A DNA stretch of 32,000 nt from Candidatus Saccharimonadota bacterium (lineage in GTDB: Bacteria > Pseudomonadota > Gammaproteobacteria > Enterobacterales > Enterobacteriaceae): NCBI RefSeq assembly GCF_023585745.1, contig NZ_CP097762.1, positions 270,001 to 302,000 of the forward strand. The letters run 5' to 3'. Shown here piece by piece: positions 31,316 to 32,000 of the stretch (positions within the stretch are counted from its first letter, which is position 1; each line of letters starts with the position of its first letter). The translations under genes were made by a program, and so were the position numbers. Under the pieces are notes generated by a model. It was not told the origin of the DNA, did no database searches, and saw nothing but the letters and a program-made list of their open reading frames with translations.

Positions 31316-32000
31316 ATGAATGTAAATTTTCTTGATTTTGAAAAACCTATTTTAGATTTAGAAGAAAAAATTAATTCTTTAACCGTAATAGCACAATCAG
31401 ATAAAAAAATTGATAAAAACATCAATGAAGAAATTCATTATCTCTATGTAAAAAAAAATAATCTTATACAAAAGATTTTTTCCAATTTAAACGCCTGGCA
31501 AATTTCTCAATTAGCTCGACATCCAAACCGTCCCTATACATTGGATTATATTAAATATATATTTAATGATTTTGATGAATTATCTGGAGATAGAATATAC
31601 GCGGATGATAAAGCTATTGTAGGAGGAATAGCAAGATTAGATGCTCGTCCAATAATGATTATTGGACATCAAAAGGGTCGAAATACTCCAGAAAAAATCA
31701 AAAGAAATTTTGGTATGCCTGCTCCAGAAGGCTATAGAAAAGCATTACGCCTAATGAAAATGGCAGCAAGATTTAAAATGCCTATAATTACTTTTATTGA
31801 TACTCCTGGTGCTTATCCTGGAATTGATGCAGAAAAACGTGGACAATCTGCAGCAATTGCTAAAAATTTACGCACAATGTCAATATTAAAAATACCGATT
31901 ATTTGTACTGTTATTGGAGAAGGTGGTTCCGGAGGAGCATTAGCTATTAGCGTAGGAGATAAAATTAATATGTTAGAATATAGTACATACTCCGTAATTT
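31316..32000 (+). CDS. accA: Acetyl-CoA carboxylase carboxyltransferase alpha subunit, 3'-truncated by the window edge
   Basis: Not in the ORF track because it runs off the window. My manual translation from the ATG at 31316 is open to position 32000. It gives [104 protein letters not shown] and [13 protein letters not shown], colinear with E. coli AccA. Confidence 0.95.
   Translation, partial: MNVNFLDFEKPILDLEEKINSLTVIAQSDKKIDKNINEEIHYLYVKKNNLIQKIFSNLNAWQISQLARHPNRPYTLDYIKYIFNDFDELSGDRIYADDKAIVGGIARLDARPIMIIGHQKGRNTPEKIKRNFGMPAPEGYRKALRLMKMAARFKMPIITFIDTPGAYPGIDAEKRGQSAAIAKNLRTMSILKIPIICTVIGEGGSGGALAISVGDKINMLEYSTYSVI

Noticed and set aside
31820-31834. AccA reads [10 protein letters not shown] where I recall E. 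coli having PGVGAEERGQ, that is a G-to-D and an E-to-K change in a conserved loop.
   Set aside because: I cannot judge the conservation of these positions without a multiple alignment. The rest of the visible protein, including [10 protein letters not shown], is intact, so there is no basis for inferring loss of function.
1-32000. Possibility that the window hides a novel system such as a defence island, toxin-antitoxin pair, secretion system, mobile element or CRISPR array.
   Set aside because: Every long ORF is a confidently assignable housekeeping orthologue in E. coli-like order. The spacers are short or pure A/T with no credible ORFs. I saw no repeat-spacer arrays, integrase or transposase genes, tRNA genes or terminal inverted repeats. 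Claiming a new system here would be unsupported.

Overview
Very AT-rich, gene-dense window (about 90% coding from the ORF coordinates; spacers are almost pure A/T; GC not computed). It reads as a chromosome segment of a reduced-genome gammaproteobacterial (Enterobacterales-derived) insect endosymbiont. I count 22 protein-coding genes, two cut by the window edges, and each is a recognisable housekeeping orthologue. The order is lgt(partial)-recC on the plus strand, then recD, recB, dapD and map on the minus strand. A co-oriented plus-strand block follows: rpsB-tsf-pyrH-frr-dxr-uppS-cdsA-rseP-bamA-skp-lpxD-fabZ-lpxA-lpxB-(670 bp gap)-dnaE-accA(partial). From dapD to accA, order and orientation match E. 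coli K-12, except that glnD and rnhB are missing and replaced by 348-bp and 670-bp A/T spacers. The left part, lgt-recC then inverted recD-recB, is rearranged relative to E. coli lgt-thyA-...-recC-ptrA-recB-recD and is fused to the dapD neighbourhood. TGA is used as a stop (map, frr, dnaE), so the standard bacterial code applies. The full lipid A and outer-membrane block (rseP, bamA, skp, lpxD, fabZ, lpxA, lpxB) argues against aphid Buchnera, which as I recall lacks lpx genes. It fits Blochmannia- or Wigglesworthia-like symbionts, but I cannot resolve the organism without a database search. I saw no rRNA, tRNA, CRISPR array, IS or transposon, prophage, or defence or toxin-type genes, and no unassigned ORF with credible coding character. 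I do not find evidence for a novel biological system here; this is a conserved core-genome region. The observations most worth a second look are a perfect 45-bp palindrome in the dapD-map spacer, the recBCD rearrangement with intact catalytic motifs, two same-strand Chi octamers, the eroded glnD, rnhB and thyA positions, many in-frame A9-A10 tracts, and five non-ATG starts.
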